A stretch of 64,000 nt of DNA from the human T2T-CHM13v2.0 reference genome, Homo sapiens. The notes under the pieces are model-generated. The model was given only the letters and a program-made list of their open reading frames with translations. It searched no databases and was not told the origin of the DNA. Made by a program: the position numbers and the translations under genes. Numbering within the stretch: position 1 is the first letter of the stretch; each line of letters starts with the position of its first letter. Location: NCBI RefSeq assembly GCF_009914755.1, contig NC_060929.1; one strand, 5' to 3'. This document shows, one piece after another, positions 26,651-41,639 of the stretch.

Positions 26651-28310
26651 TTAAACTACCTATATTACTATTTTATCTAAATTTTCAAAAAAATTTAAAT
26701 AAAATATGGTGATAGTATTCATTCCAGTAATTAAATATGTTTAAAATATTCTTGGAATTAATCTTAGTAGAAATTGGTAATAGTATTATGAAGATAACAT
26801 AAATTAGCCCAGTACTGCCTCAAACTTCTGGGTTCAGTGATCCTCCAACCTAAACCTCCCTGCTACAAATGCACTCTATCATGCCCAGCTTCTTCTATCT
26901 GATTTTTGAGAGGCCTTATGGTATTCAATAATTCTGCCCATCAGGAAGGATAATCTAGAAATGTAATCAAAGGGAAACTTATGATGGTTTCGAAGTCCTC
27001 TGGTCTGAGCTAGAACATTTCTCCTATGTCACAAGATAATGTATGTATGATTTACCTTATTACCTACTAGTGGCAGTCCTCAGAAAATGAGATCTTGCCT
27101 CCTTAATGAATGCTTTTGATTTTGGGAAAAGATCTGTCAGGCTTCAGAGAAATGTTGTTGGGAGAAACAATAAGCCTTCACACCCCTGGGTGTTTCCAAA
27201 ATTTGGATGACGCTGCTGTATTCTAATTATTTTAATGTTTATCTCGGTCAGTAGATGTTATTAAATGCACACAAAGCTCTATCCTGAGCGAATTCTCTAG
27301 CTTGCAGCCTAATTTTAAATAAGACAAAAATAAATATTAAAGAATAAGATAAAAATATATAGTAATAAACACTAATAATTACTAAGACACACAAAGTAAT
27401 AATTTGTATATGTAAGTAAATGGAGAACTGTATTTATATGAGATTTTTCTGATGATGATGTTTGGTCTGTCTCTGAATCGTTTTATTTTTCATAAAAGAA
27501 GTAAGGTTGGGTCCTTTTAGCTAAATGGCCTTCGGGTTTATCAGTAACAAAAAAAAATTAAATAATTGTCACCAAAAATATAAAAGTTTTTAAGAAGAGA
27601 TTTTTTGAAGTGTGAAGAACTAGGCTAAATAATGTCAACTTTTCCTTTAAGAAATAGTTAGCTGCTAGAAGACCACAAATGAGTGATAAGTTTCAGGCAG
27701 CTCTGAAGTAGGCTGGTATCTCTTTAGAAAAGATGTTTAATTCCTGTTCACACTAGACTGTGCAATTAATAATTAAATGTCTAATGATTCTGTTCTCACA
27801 GAATTTTAAATTTTGCTGGGGAGAATAGATGTAATTGCAGTGTAGAAGAAAATAGTGTACTAGAAAGTATCAAATTAATGTTTTTACTCTAACATTTGTT
27901 AAATGCCTGTTAGGTGTTGGGCCTGATGTCTGGCTCCAGGAATGCCACATTGAATAAGATATTGTCTCTGCCTTTTAGTAGTTCACTCTCTAGTTAAGGA
28001 AAAGAAAAAATCTAAACAATTAGTTGGAGTGCAAAGTAGCAAGTGTTAACATGGTACTTTGTCATAGATGGTACTCAATATATGTTAAATGTATAAGTGA
28101 TTAATGAATGAATGTTTAACTGCTTCATAGAAAGTGCAGTGAAGAAAAAGAGGAAGAAATGACTCTCCGTCTGTGATTTACAGAGAAGATTATGCTACAA
28201 CTATATATTAAGGAGTGAGCAAGAGAGCTACAGTGAGCAGGTCAAGAGGGCAGCACAGGACATTCCAGGTAGAGAGAATAACATATGCAAAGGCATGAAG
28301 ATATTTTTCT

Positions 28311-28960
<650 letters not shown>

Positions 28961-29715
28961 TAAAAATATAGGACATATTCAAGGAAGGGGGAGAGGCTGT
29001 GTGACTGACTCAGAGTTTATGTGGCAGAGTGGTGAGAAATGAGCTGGATAGAAAGCCTCAGAGTATTAAATTGACATTTTAGAAAGATAACTCTGACTGG
29101 AGTGTGGAGGATGTCTAGAGAAAGAAGACACAAGGGGTATTGGATCAAAACAAGAGAGAAGCGATGACCTGAACTAAAACAGTATCCTCAGAAATAGAGA
29201 GAGGGGAGAGCTGAGAACTATGTGGAGATAGAATTGACAGAACTTAATTATTTGCTAATTATTACAATTGGAGGCATTCTGACTTTTAGGTTTCTAGCTT
29301 AAACTAATAGGTAGATAGTAAAGATAGTAATCAAAACTAATGATGTAAAATGCTTACATATTGAACTCTTACTTTGGGGCCACACAAAAAAATGTCCAGG
29401 AAACACTTGGAACTCTGTATCCAGAGTTACAAAACACACAAAGGTAGGTTCTGTATTCTTGTGTGTACAAGATAGCTGAAATGGTGAAAGTGAGTGAGAT
29501 CACCAGGAAAAACCAGTACCACGGTATATTGGGAGTTCTAAAACTTACCCACTAAGACCAGTGTGAGGAAGAAGAAAGATTGTATTTGAGGGGTTTCTAA
29601 GGTAACCCAAGTATTTTCACAAGTATGTAAAAACCAGTGATTATATTTAATTGACATCTTGCGAATGTCCCACTGCACTTTGTAAAAGTGATTCATTCAC
29701 TGACTTAAAAATTCA

Positions 29716-30021
<306 letters not shown>

Positions 30022-30373
30022 TTCAGTAATATGAAGTAAATAAAATAAGAAAATAAAGATTTTAGTTGTAAGATTTTTAAGTTAATGCATTTATTAACTA
30101 ATTGCAGCCATATTAATGATTTATATTGAAATTCAAGAAGCACGACATAATTTTACACAAATCTATCTTTTTGTGTAATGAATATAATATACAAGTGAAT
30201 TAATTCTGTTAAATAAAATAGTACTTCCCTACTCTCAGTTCACTGATCTTTTTTTTCTTCTCGTTTGAGGAAAAAAGTCCACCTTTCAAAAGTGTCATAT
30301 ACTCTAGATAAGAAGGTTCAAAACTTTTTACTGAGACCCACAGTAAGAATATATTTCATCTTTCAACCAAGTA

Positions 30374-30917
30374 CAGTTGATCCTTGTACAATGCAGAGTT
30401 TAGAGGTGCTCACTTCCCATACAATCAGAATACCACATAGAATTTTTGACTTGTCCAAATCTTTACTAATAGCCTACTGTTGACCACAGCCTCACCGATA
30501 ACATAAACAGTCATTTAACACATATTTTATGTTTTATGTACTATATACTATTATATATTCTTACAATAAAGTAAGCTAGAGAAAAGGAAATGTTATTAAG
30601 AAAATCATAAGGAAGAGAAAATATATTTACTATTCATTAAGTGGAAGTGGATTCTCAAAAAGGTCTTTACCCTGGCATTCCCATTGAGTTGGCTGAGGAA
30701 GAGTGGGAGGAGGAGGAAGAGGAGGAGGAGGAGGAGGAGGAGGAGGCGGAAGGGTTGGTCTTGCTGTCTCAGGGTGGCAGAGTCGGAAGAAGTGGAAGAG
30801 AAGGAAGGGGAAGCAGGAGAGGCAGGCAAATTCAGTGTAACTTTTATTTAAAAAAAAAAAAATTCACGTATAAATGGATCCTCACAGTTCAAATCCATGT
30901 TGCCCAAGGGTCACTCG
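30374..30917. mobile_element. Tigger2-family (TcMar-Tigger) non-autonomous DNA transposon containing a (GAG)n run
   Basis: TA-cagttgatccttg ... caagggtcactcg-TA, i.e. decayed terminal inverted repeats with TA target site; (GAG)n at about 30706-30748. Confidence 0.82.
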
Positions 30918-30924
30918 TATACAC

Positions 30925-30926
<2 letters not shown>

Positions 30927-30963
<37 letters not shown>
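30927..30963. repeat. (TG)n microsatellite, about 18 units
   Basis: Perfect tgtgtg run. Confidence 0.95.
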
Positions 30964-30965
<2 letters not shown>

Positions 30966-31199
30966 GCTGACACAAACCTTGCATGAAACTACTTACCCTT
31001 GTTTGTTCCTGTACTCAACACTTTTAATCTCCTTAATTTCTTTCTGTGTTTTGCTTCATGGATATTTATTCTGTTTCTCACTTTTGCTAAATGTATGAGA
31101 TTGTAAATATGAAGTTCTGAGATTATAAGCATGCACAACTCTCCTTTATTTTAAAACAAATAAACAAGAAATATTTATCTCTTGCTCTACTTACTTCAT

Positions 31200-31376
31200 T
31201 TTCCTTTTATTTTATTATTATTTTTTTGCCACAGGGTCTCACTTTGTTGCCCAGGCTGGAAAGTCGTGGTGTGATCATAGTTCACTGCAGCCTTGAACTC
31301 CTGGGCTCAAGTGATCCTCCTGCCTCAGCCTCCCAAGTAGCTGTTTGGTCTACAGGTGTGCGCCACTATGCCCAGT
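31200..31376 (-). mobile_element. Alu monomer (FLAM/FRAM-like)
   Basis: acagggtctcactttgttgcccaggctgg...ctcaagtgatcctcctgcctcagcctccc. Confidence 0.82.
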
Positions 31377-31539
31377 TTCTTCTTATTTTAAAAATTATTA
31401 TTGAATGTAACCTTCATTTAACTCCAAATTTCTAATGTATATATAATCAACACTTGCTACTTTAACCTCCCATCACCGAGGCCCTTTTTCCTGCACTTAC
31501 TTCCTTAGCAATCCCATCCAAAATCAATTTCCTTTGTAA

Positions 31540-31750
31540 TAGCTAGCACTTGTATAACAACTAATGTGCCAAGCTAACTGCTTTACAATTGTTGATATAG
31601 TTTACTCACAACAAAAATATGAGGTAGGTTCCATTTTTATCCACAGTGAGATTAAGTAGTTTGCTCAAGATTACACAGATGGTAAGCAGGGCAACTAGGA
31701 TTCAAAACCAGGTATCATATATAACCAAATCTTAAACTAATTTCTATAAC
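31540..31750 (-). mobile_element. MIR
   Basis: gctagcacttgtata...atgaggtagg...attaagtagtttgctcaagattacacag...ggattcaaaaccagg. Confidence 0.7.
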
Positions 31751-32023
31751 ACCACATTGCTATTTAGATTTTCAATTATGATATCTTTCATCTTGTTTTT
31801 TTCTCTCTCTCGACATATCATTTATGTTCAAAATTAAACTTTTCTATAAAGACTGGAATAATAGTCTAGAAGTAGCGGTAGTTGGTAAATGTTCTGACTA
31901 CATGCTTGTATTACTTCAAGGGATGAGGATAATGTTTTAATGGAAGTGATGACATCAAGTTAGTTTCATAATGATAAAGAAGGTGAGTGAACACTTCAGG
32001 AAAGATGAAAATATATTCAGGAG

Positions 32024-32385
32024 TGTATGAGTTTGCTAGGGCTGCCATAACAAAATACTACAAATTGGGGACTTACCAACAGAAATTTATTTTCTCACAT
32101 TTCTGGAGACTGGAAGTGGAAGATGAAGATGTTGGCAGATTTGGTTTCTCCTGAGACCTCTCTCCTTGACTGGCACATGGCTACCTTCTTCTCTGTACAT
32201 ACACTTCCCTGGTGTTTCTTGCTCTTATAATAAAGACATCAGACTCACTGGGCTAGGGCCCACCTCCTTGACCTCGCTTAACATTATCTACCTATTTTAA
32301 GGACTTTTTTCCAAAGACAGTCATATTCTTAGGTGTGCTGGAGATTTAGGACTTAAGAATCTTGGGGGAACACAATTCAGTCTTT
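32024..32385 (-). mobile_element. MLT1 solo LTR
   Basis: tgtatgagtttgctagggctgccataacaaaatac...ttctggagactggaag...gggggaacacaattcag. Confidence 0.85.
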
Positions 32386-32939
32386 TAAAAGAAATTTCTT
32401 ACCAACAGAAGAGGCACTCTACAGCATGCGGTTACCTTGGAAAGGATTGTGGATCAGTTTAGTGAGAATGAGAGCTAGGAAAAAGATACCAGAAGGGAGG
32501 CTATTGATCCTGAAACCAGTGTCAGCTGGATAAAGGAAGCAAGAGATTGGAAAATTGGAAGCACATTTTAATGTTGTGGAGAAGGGAAGGACAAAACAGG
32601 AAGGTGTGTGTTAGGTTTGTTGACCTACCCGGCATTCCTAATTACAAGCAGAAAGTTGATGTTCAGGGTTCTGCAAAACTTAGAATCCCTGCTGCATGCC
32701 TGTCCCTGAGAAAGTTTAAATTAATAGAGAATGGAGGAAGTAATATTGGAGATGTGGCAGATGAAGGCAGGCTCTTAGAGCATATCTTTCAAATATAATG
32801 TGCAAAGTTAAAAATGGTTTTGGAATTGAAGTGGTGTAACTAATTTAAAAGATATTTTTATATTATTTCAAGGATTGTACTGTTATGTAATGGTATATAT
32901 AGTAGAAAAGGAAATATAACTCTCCTCATTATGTACTTG

Positions 32940-33620
32940 AAGTATTAATGATTTCTTCTTTATGGGTCACATTTTCCTGTTCTTTCACGTCAGTAATTTT
33001 TTATTATATGCCAGACGTTCTGATTTCTATGTTGTAGGATTTTGTTGTCTTTCTTTAAAGATCATTGAGTTTTGTTCTGGGAGACAAATAATTTACTGGA
33101 AAGTCAGCTTGCTGTTTTCTTCTTTTTTGTAAGCTCAATTAGGGTGGGTCTAGACCTTTTAGGGGTGTCACTTGAGTGCTTAGCATTTTCAGTGAAGTTC
33201 TACATCTCTTACTATATGTGACATCTGGATTTCTGTTCAAATCACAGCTAATGGCTCTTGAGTTAGCTGTTTTCTGCCAGGTCTTCAGCCTTGCTTTGTG
33301 CATGTGCAGCTTAATATGCATCCAATGACTTATGATAACTCCTTTTGGGGCTCGTTTTTTGTGTAGTTAATGCTTTCCCACAGCTTTGCCTTATAAATTC
33401 CAGCTATTTCAACAGCACCAAACTCTACTTTGTGCCTCTTTAGTTGAATGAGGTCATTGTGGTCTGCCTGGGCTCCACCTACATCCCTGTGCTGAGGTCT
33501 GGAAAGTACAGCAGGTAGAAAGAGAGAGTGGTCCTAGGGCTCACCTCTTGTATTTCTCTTCTTTCAGGAAGCACAGGCCTGCACAAACTGTTGTCCAATG
33601 TGGAAAACCAGTAATTTCTT
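32940..33620 (-). mobile_element. Ancient L1M 5'-region fragment
   Basis: atgggtcacattttcctgttcttt...taattttttattatatgccagac, typical of the antisense ORF1 start of old L1s. Confidence 0.55.
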
Positions 33621-36046
33621 CTTGAGAAATTGAAAACATCTTAAACATAAGTTTGGCATAGAATTAAATTCAACTTCTTAGAAATTGGTTTTTGCTGAAA
33701 TCAGTTTTATATATTTCATACTAATAATACTGCTGTTTTGAAGTAAAATATGCATATATATTACAACATATAAAAGATAAATCACACCAGCTTGGAACAA
33801 TAATGTAAACCACTTTGTAAAAACCCCATCCTGAGAAGGAGCAGCATGTTAAAATCACTTGTGTTGAGAAAAGTGTTCTGAGAATGGTTCTATTAAGGAA
33901 AGTTTGTTTTCTTAGCTTTTGATGTCCTCGGGTAACAAAATCAACATTTTTCTGTATTTAATGAAAATAAGTTGTAAAAAAGCAACAGGTGTTTTGGTTA
34001 AAAAAAAAAAACTATTCAGCGCTTAAATCATTAGAGTACCCTGTTTTCTTTATTACAATTACCGAAACAAGAGATTTTGAAATTAATCTGTTGCTGTGTA
34101 GACTTGGAGAAAGGAGTCTAGGAAGTGAGTTATATGACCTTATTGACCTTTGGACCTATCATGTTTAACATAATTACCCACAATTAGTAGATTTTTAAAT
34201 AATTTATTGTCTGAAAATATAAACAAAAGAGAAATATGTAGCTACTAGAAACCTAGGAATATAATTGTTATTGTCATATAAATGCATGATAAATATAAAA
34301 TAAAGGAAAAATTAGAGAAAGATTACTTTTTGAATAATTGCATAAGATTTTTTGGCTGAAAATTAATAGATGTTAAAATGTGCCAGTTTATTTAGATTTC
34401 CAATAAAAATGTTCATTTGATATCCGTATTTAAAAGTTATTATTTACCTAAAAAGCAACTATGTATAGTGTAAATAATTGTTTGGAAGACATTTGAAAAT
34501 ATCTTATTTGATCAGGGAAGATAATACAGATTAACTTTAGAAAAGTTTCAGTAAAAATCTATTTCTCGATCTGTTCTCTTTCCCCCACTTTTCTCACTCC
34601 CCCCCTCCATCTGTACTTTTAATACCTCTCTCTTAATCTCCTCTACTTCCCTCTGCAACAATCACATTACCTACAAGAAATAGATTATTGTCTATTGAGT
34701 ACTCATTCTTGAAAGTAACTGTTTCTTTCATCCTTGTTTTTCTATAGATTAAAATCTCTCAAATTATTTATCGAAGTTTCTTGCAAGTTAATTTTTTTCT
34801 ATCATTGTCCTTTTTCCTATTAAGTTTGGCATAATATTTCTCACTTTTACTTACAGCATTTATATTTTTTATTTTCCAACTGATATACCAGTATGGATAT
34901 AGATTTCTATATCTATCTATGTATCTATTCATCTGTCTGAACAGTAACAAAAATACACTTTTTCTTTCTTCTTTTCTACTTTTCCAGCTGTGTTATGTTA
35001 ACCTCCCTTGTGTAACTGTATTCCTTGGCTAAGATATCTGGTAACCATTATTTACAAATAATATACTCCTTTGTACAAGACTAGAATATTCTCCACAGGG
35101 ACATTTTAAATGCCGACTCCAGTTAAATGTGTTAGGCTTTGAATTCAGTGTTGGCCTTATAATGAAAATTACAGACTTTTTTTAAGAAGTTATGTTTATA
35201 GATTAACAAATCTGGCAACATTTTAGTCTGTTACTTTGTCCACATTTAATTAGAAAAAGTTTGTGTCTTTTATATTCTACTTATATAATCTTCAGTATTT
35301 TCTTTGGTGCTATTTTTATTAAACAATAATTTTTGGGGCATCTAATACGTACCAAGCAACATGATGAATCATTTTTCTAAATGTCAGTTTATTATGGAAG
35401 AATTATAAATTTAAAAATGTGAGCATACATGAAACATTTACCTCATTGGAAAGATGTTTCTTATTTAGGTAGTCTTTTCTCATTTTTTTCCATTTTATAC
35501 AAAGTGGTAATACTACAAAATTATCAATCCTTTAAAGTAACAGTTTGTGCATTTTAACTTATAAGATAAATGCATTTTGCACAAAAGCACATTTTATGAA
35601 TTTCAGAGATAGTAAGATAGATAACTTTATGAGGCGTACTATGATCTGATGTCCCCACTTCCAGTTTCAAGAGTAAAATATCTTATGAGGTTGAAATGTG
35701 GACTTCCTAGCTGTTTATGAATCATAGTGGAGTGACATACATACATTAACCTTTTTAAACTGTATTTGCCTTCTTTGATTGTGTTTGCTAGGTAAATACA
35801 GATTTTAGAAAGGGAAGAGAAAATATTTTAAAATAGTTCTGCTGATTGCCTGCAATTCTGCTTAACCAATTTAGTTCCACAAACAGTGGATTTAATCAAA
35901 CCTGATAGAAGTTAATACCAGTTGGAAAAAACTTATGAACAAGTATGCATAATTCTAAGGATTTGGGGCTATTGACAAGGAAATCATAAACACTATTTAG
36001 GTAGCCAACCAAGTAAGATGATGATGCCTTCATCCATATCTTACAG

Positions 36047-36269
36047 CAGGGGTCCTCAATCCCCTAGCAGCAGACCAGTTCTGGTTCGTGGCCTGTTAGG
36101 AACTGGGCCGCACAGCAGTCAGTGAGGAGTCAGCCAGCATGAATTACCACCTGAGCTCCACCTCCTGTCAGATCAGTGGCAAAATCATCCCCCCAACCTC
36201 ACCCGGTCCATGGAAAAATTGTCTTTCATGAAACCCTGTTCCTGGTGCCAAAAAGGTTGGGGACTGTTG
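36047..36269 (+). mobile_element. MER1B-like hAT-Charlie element with internal deletion
   Basis: caggggtcc...gtggcctgttaggaactgggccgcacagcag...cctggtgccaaaaaggttggggactgttg; 8-bp TSD tcttacag / tcttagag. Confidence 0.88.
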
Positions 36270-36739
36270 TCTTAGAGGAAGGAAAACAATGAAAAATTAA
36301 TTGGGAACTATCAAGAAATCTGACCAAGGAAGCATCAGAGGAACTGATATGTCATCCACAGAAGATCAAGATGATGCCATCGTACTAGCAAGTTGAAGCT
36401 TTCTGTATTCATGATATGTTTTAGATAATTGAAAACCTTGAGTGATTTTCTCTCTGAATACAGTTTTTTAATGAAACTGTATACTGTGGTATTTATTAAA
36501 TATTTATGCATGTAGACCATACTGAGTTATATGCATAGCACTAGGTATTACTCTACATAATGGTAATTTCAGAAACTTTCAAAGGTAGTTTTGATTAATT
36601 ATGATTGCTTTGTGTACTGACTTTACAATAATATTCAACTCCAGTAAGAGAACTCAAAACATTTTTCATTTTTCTTGATTAATTATTCTTCCTAGTCAGT
36701 GACCTTTACCACTTCTTTATACTGCAGTAATAACAGTAG

Positions 36740-37320
36740 AGAAAGGTGCTAAGCTGTGTGGGCACAGAGGAGACTTTGGAATAGCGAAGCCCTCCTGACA
36801 GAAGTGATATCTTCATTGAGACAAGGGTTGGTGAGAGTTACTACTCTCACCAACTCAACTCTCAGTTGAGCAACTCAAGAGTTGAGCAGAATACTCTTTC
36901 TGGCATAAGATTGATCATATGTGCAAACCCAGGAGTAGAGTGAGAGAATGGTACATCTAACAAAATTCAGTATAATTGTAGAAGTAAGCTGACCAGGAAA
37001 AGAATGACATTTTAAAAAATACTTTAGGGAGTTTTATTTTTGTCTTGAAGGCAATAGAAAAGGATCTGACTTGATCAGACTTGCATTTTTAGAAAAATTC
37101 TCCTAGATGTTTTAATGAGAATTAATTTTATCTGCTTGGCCATGTATAAACTATAGCAGTAATCTAAGTAAGAAACTGTGGAAGTATTGGAGATGCGGAT
37201 AATTATTAGACAGATCTAAGAACTGTTTATGTGGTACTGATTAGATTTTCAAGATGAAGTTTTGAAAGGCATCAAGACTGATTCCATCTTTGGGGCGTGA
37301 CAAGTTTTGTGGACGGTAAC
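36740..37320 (-). mobile_element. Decayed L2
   Basis: atatgtgcaaacccaggag; gatcagacttgcatttttagaaaa; ggcatcaagactgattcc. Confidence 0.55.
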
Positions 37321-40018
37321 ATTAAGAAAGCTTTGACCTGAACACATTACTGAGACAGCATGCTCATAATAAGGAGTTCACACATTGCTAATAATCATTG
37401 CTAACTGTAATTTGAAGATAGCTAAACAGTCTTCATAAATACAAGATTTCATTAAAAAATACATTTATAATAAACCATGATAAATTGACCAGTTACTATT
37501 CTTGTCAAATTGATGCTCAAAGTAACTTTAGCTTTTAATTGTCTGATTTTGAGTATAAATAACCAAAGGATATACAAATTAGTCATTTAAAAAATAAAAA
37601 CCTTACGAGATTTTTGTTGAAAATTTTGAAAAATCATAAGTAACATGAAGTGGTACAACATAAAGAAAACATGTGGATGTTTGGAAATGAAAATTCTTAA
37701 GTAAAACTTTCTAATTTGGGCAATACTTTTTGACCCAATACTAACTTAAAAGTGCTTCAAAATGGTCTGAAAGTGCATTAGTCTATCTTACCAAATCTGG
37801 ATAATATAATCATTTTTAAAAAGCATAATAAGGTAAGTTACAGAATCAGGGATTTTTTTATACCAGAAGTAACCATGTAGTCTAATTTTTCCCCACCTAA
37901 TTTTATGGATTTAAAAATAAACCTTTACAGAATTGTTATGTGACCTGCCCATAGTTATCGAGACAATGACTAACAGACTCAAGTTTGGAATTCTTCTAAA
38001 GTATTTTATTAATTCAGTATAAACATTTTCTTAGTTATTTGACCATTTGGTATAGATTTTTTCTTATTCCTTCTAAATGAAAGTGTTGCCTAATCCCATT
38101 CGGTTTTAAAGCTAGTTAGGACATGTCTAGTGTTGCAAATCCGGAAATCTCTTTTTTGAAAATCATTTCACAGTTTTCAAGGAATGCCTCCGAAATTTAG
38201 CCTTCTAGTTTCCTTTTCATAGAACAACTACAAACTGGCCAAATTATATCACAGAGGCACCAACCTTGTTGTAAAGGAGTTTAAAGAAGTGCAAATAGAA
38301 TGTTTTTTCCTAATGTATCAAAATTATTCCAGAGTTTTCTGAGATTAAGCATGCATTGGCAAAATGAAGTGGAAAGGTTTATCATTGTCAAATTCTGTTA
38401 AGTTCTTCTTCCTACCCCTGTTAGTGATCAGAGAGAGAGAGTTTGTGGTATATATTACTGTTCCTTATCCACCAAATTCACCAGATAATCATGCCAATAA
38501 TTTAGTCTGCCAATTTTATCAGATTTTGATTTTGACTTACTAGTCAAGCTAGTGATCTTGTCCTAGTTCTAACCAGGTAATGTAGAGTCACTGCAGGTAA
38601 TATGCTGGTAATATATTATTTTCAAAAAATAACCTGAAAGATTCCCTCTACCATTTCTTTTACAAAGGTTTTATATTTTATTTATTTTGTCTAATTTTTA
38701 AATTTATCCTAGTTCAATGAAAGCCTCTCTAAGCTTTGTAAAAAGTCTAGATTTGATTAACAGTTGAGTAAAATAAAAAGCAATGAAAATTTCAAAAATC
38801 CTTAGACATCTCTGTGAAGAAATCACTAGCAAATGTCTTAGGTTGACAGAAGTGAACCTATGAAAACAATGAAGCTTTGTGTTGGCTCCAAACATTTCAT
38901 GACATAGGTAGCTGTTGAAAGCTGAGAAATTGTAGTTTTGTTTTCTGAGAACTTATTAACCATTTAAAGTGCTCTCAGAGGTTTGTTATTTTTAACTGCA
39001 AAATGATATAAATTGAAGGCTTAATGTTGTTCTTTCACAAATTGCTTTTCCCCACTAATGTTTTTCTTTTCTTAATGTTAACTGGAACTGGCACCAGCAG
39101 GCATAAATAATCAATAATATGGTATTTCACACAGATGCAAAATAACTTGTAAGTTATTTATTATTAGGTTCCATTAGTATTTAAGAATTTATAGCAATCA
39201 TTGAATATTTATTGAGAAATTACTTAGTGTTACACACCATTCTAGTCTGTCTTGATCTATCAGTGGATAAGACAAACTAAGTCCCTGCCTTCATGGAGCT
39301 TATAAATATTAGATAAATTATTGCAAGTTTGATGAAATCTAAGGATGCTTGAGGGCTACCCAAAAGTTCTACCCAAAAAGGTGGTTGTATAGTTTCAATT
39401 CAGATTTGCTGTTTGAGTTCGTTCTGAAACATCCTGAAAACCTAATTTTAAAGCCAAGGCTTTTCTTAAATCAGTTTGCTCAGCGTGAGCTAGCCCTTTA
39501 ATTTTCTCTTTTGGAAAATGTACTTCAGGGCCACCTGATTGTAAGGATTATGCTTTCAAAAAAAGCATCTATATAAGAAGAAAAGCAATGTAAGAAATAA
39601 AATTATAATAGATATTTGACAATGGAAAAGAAAAATCGAAGCTTCACAGATTAATTTGGGAAATGTAGTAAACAGCTGGAAATCTATGCCTACCTTTGGA
39701 CTATTAAATTAGTTCCTTTTTAATTGCTTGTGTGGCTTATGGCTTCCTTACAAATAGTTGTGTCTTTCTGTCCTACTTAATTATAAACTTTTTGAATGCA
39801 TGCTTGTAGTGTCTTCTGGATAGTGCCAGAGTTCCAGAGTTTTCAAGGAATGCCTCTGAAATTTACCTTAATATTTGCCTCTGCATAGAATAGTTCATAA
39901 AACACTCAATAAATATTGGTTGAATGAGTGGAGGAATAAATGAATTCTTAAGGTCTGAAGAACTGAATTCCTTTGGTAGTAAAGTTTTAAGAAACAATTT
40001 TAACAAATTAAACATTGA

Positions 40019-40354
<336 letters not shown>

Positions 40355-41639
40355 CTAATATAATCAACTTACTCTTTTTTATGCTGCAGATACTTCTGGG
40401 GTCTGTGGTTTATCCTTAATAGCCCACTCTGCCTCTGACATTGAGAGTATTAGATTTCCAAAGATGACCTCCTGAGTTACCCCAGTGTCAGCAGGTATTT
40501 GTCATTAAGTCTGACTTATAGCTGTACTGGCTAAGAGAGGAGGCTGACATTTGGGAAAGTTATGTAAACAGATGCAGACACATACATTCTTAAGTGTTTG
40601 GTGCTATGTTAATAATCAGTTTATTTGGTGATTGGTAATTAATAGATTACACCATTGACCTGTCTTGTAAGATGGTCGTCAGTTATTCAGGTTAGGTTGT
40701 GAAAACTGAGTAGCAACTGATTTACAGAATTGAAAATGGGCATTTGATAAATGGCATGGAAAAATAATGTTTGCTTGTTTGGTCAGATTAGAAATTTACT
40801 ACCTCAAGATAGGTAACTTTGAGATACTGCCTATTGAAGTATGGTGTGCTAGACCTTATCTCAGCCTCTTTTCTTGATTATCTTTATACTTGTCAGTAAG
40901 ACATACTACAGAGGCACAAGGTAGCCTGAGGCATTGGTTGGTTGTTTTCTCTTGGGAAAGAAGGAATATGTGTTTTGAAGTTTCAGACTCATTTAGGGTT
41001 GTATTTTAAGGTTTGCGTTTTGTGCTTTTTTCTCTTAATATTTTATATCTTTTGAAATGAAACAAGGACTTATTTATTCTAAATATTTTATAAACACTTG
41101 TGAAATGAATAAATAAATAAAACAGCCAAAAGCAGTCATAGTAGACTGAGTACTCTGTGTTCATAATAGATGGTGGTTCTGTGACAATTGGAATATTTTG
41201 AATAGGAAAACTAGTATTTATCTTACTTTTTTTTTTTGTCTGTGAGAAGATATAGAAGATAGCCTAAATGAATATTAATTTGGTCTTTCGTTGACAACAT
41301 ACTGTTTTAAAAATAATACCTTAATGATGATATTGGATATTTCTGATACTTTTTTATTTAAAAATATTTGTAAATATGTACATTGATTTATAATCAATTT
41401 ACATTATTATTTACTCTATTTTGTCATCTCAGAAATTGTGGTTTATATACATTTTCTCAGCTGAGAAACTTAGAGATTCTGTAATATACCCAAGGTAAAT
41501 GCAGAACTGGAGATCCAAACCCAGGCATTCTCACTCCACTTTACCCTACATCTCATCTGGAGGTTTATAAGTAAGTTTTTGATTAAAAAATAAGATACAC
41601 ATTTGAAAATAAGAGATCCAGTCTTTATATTTATCTTGT

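Noticed and set aside
30641-30970. Poly-Glu ORF
   Set aside because: Translation of the (GAG)n and (TG)n repeats in and beside a Tigger2 relic.
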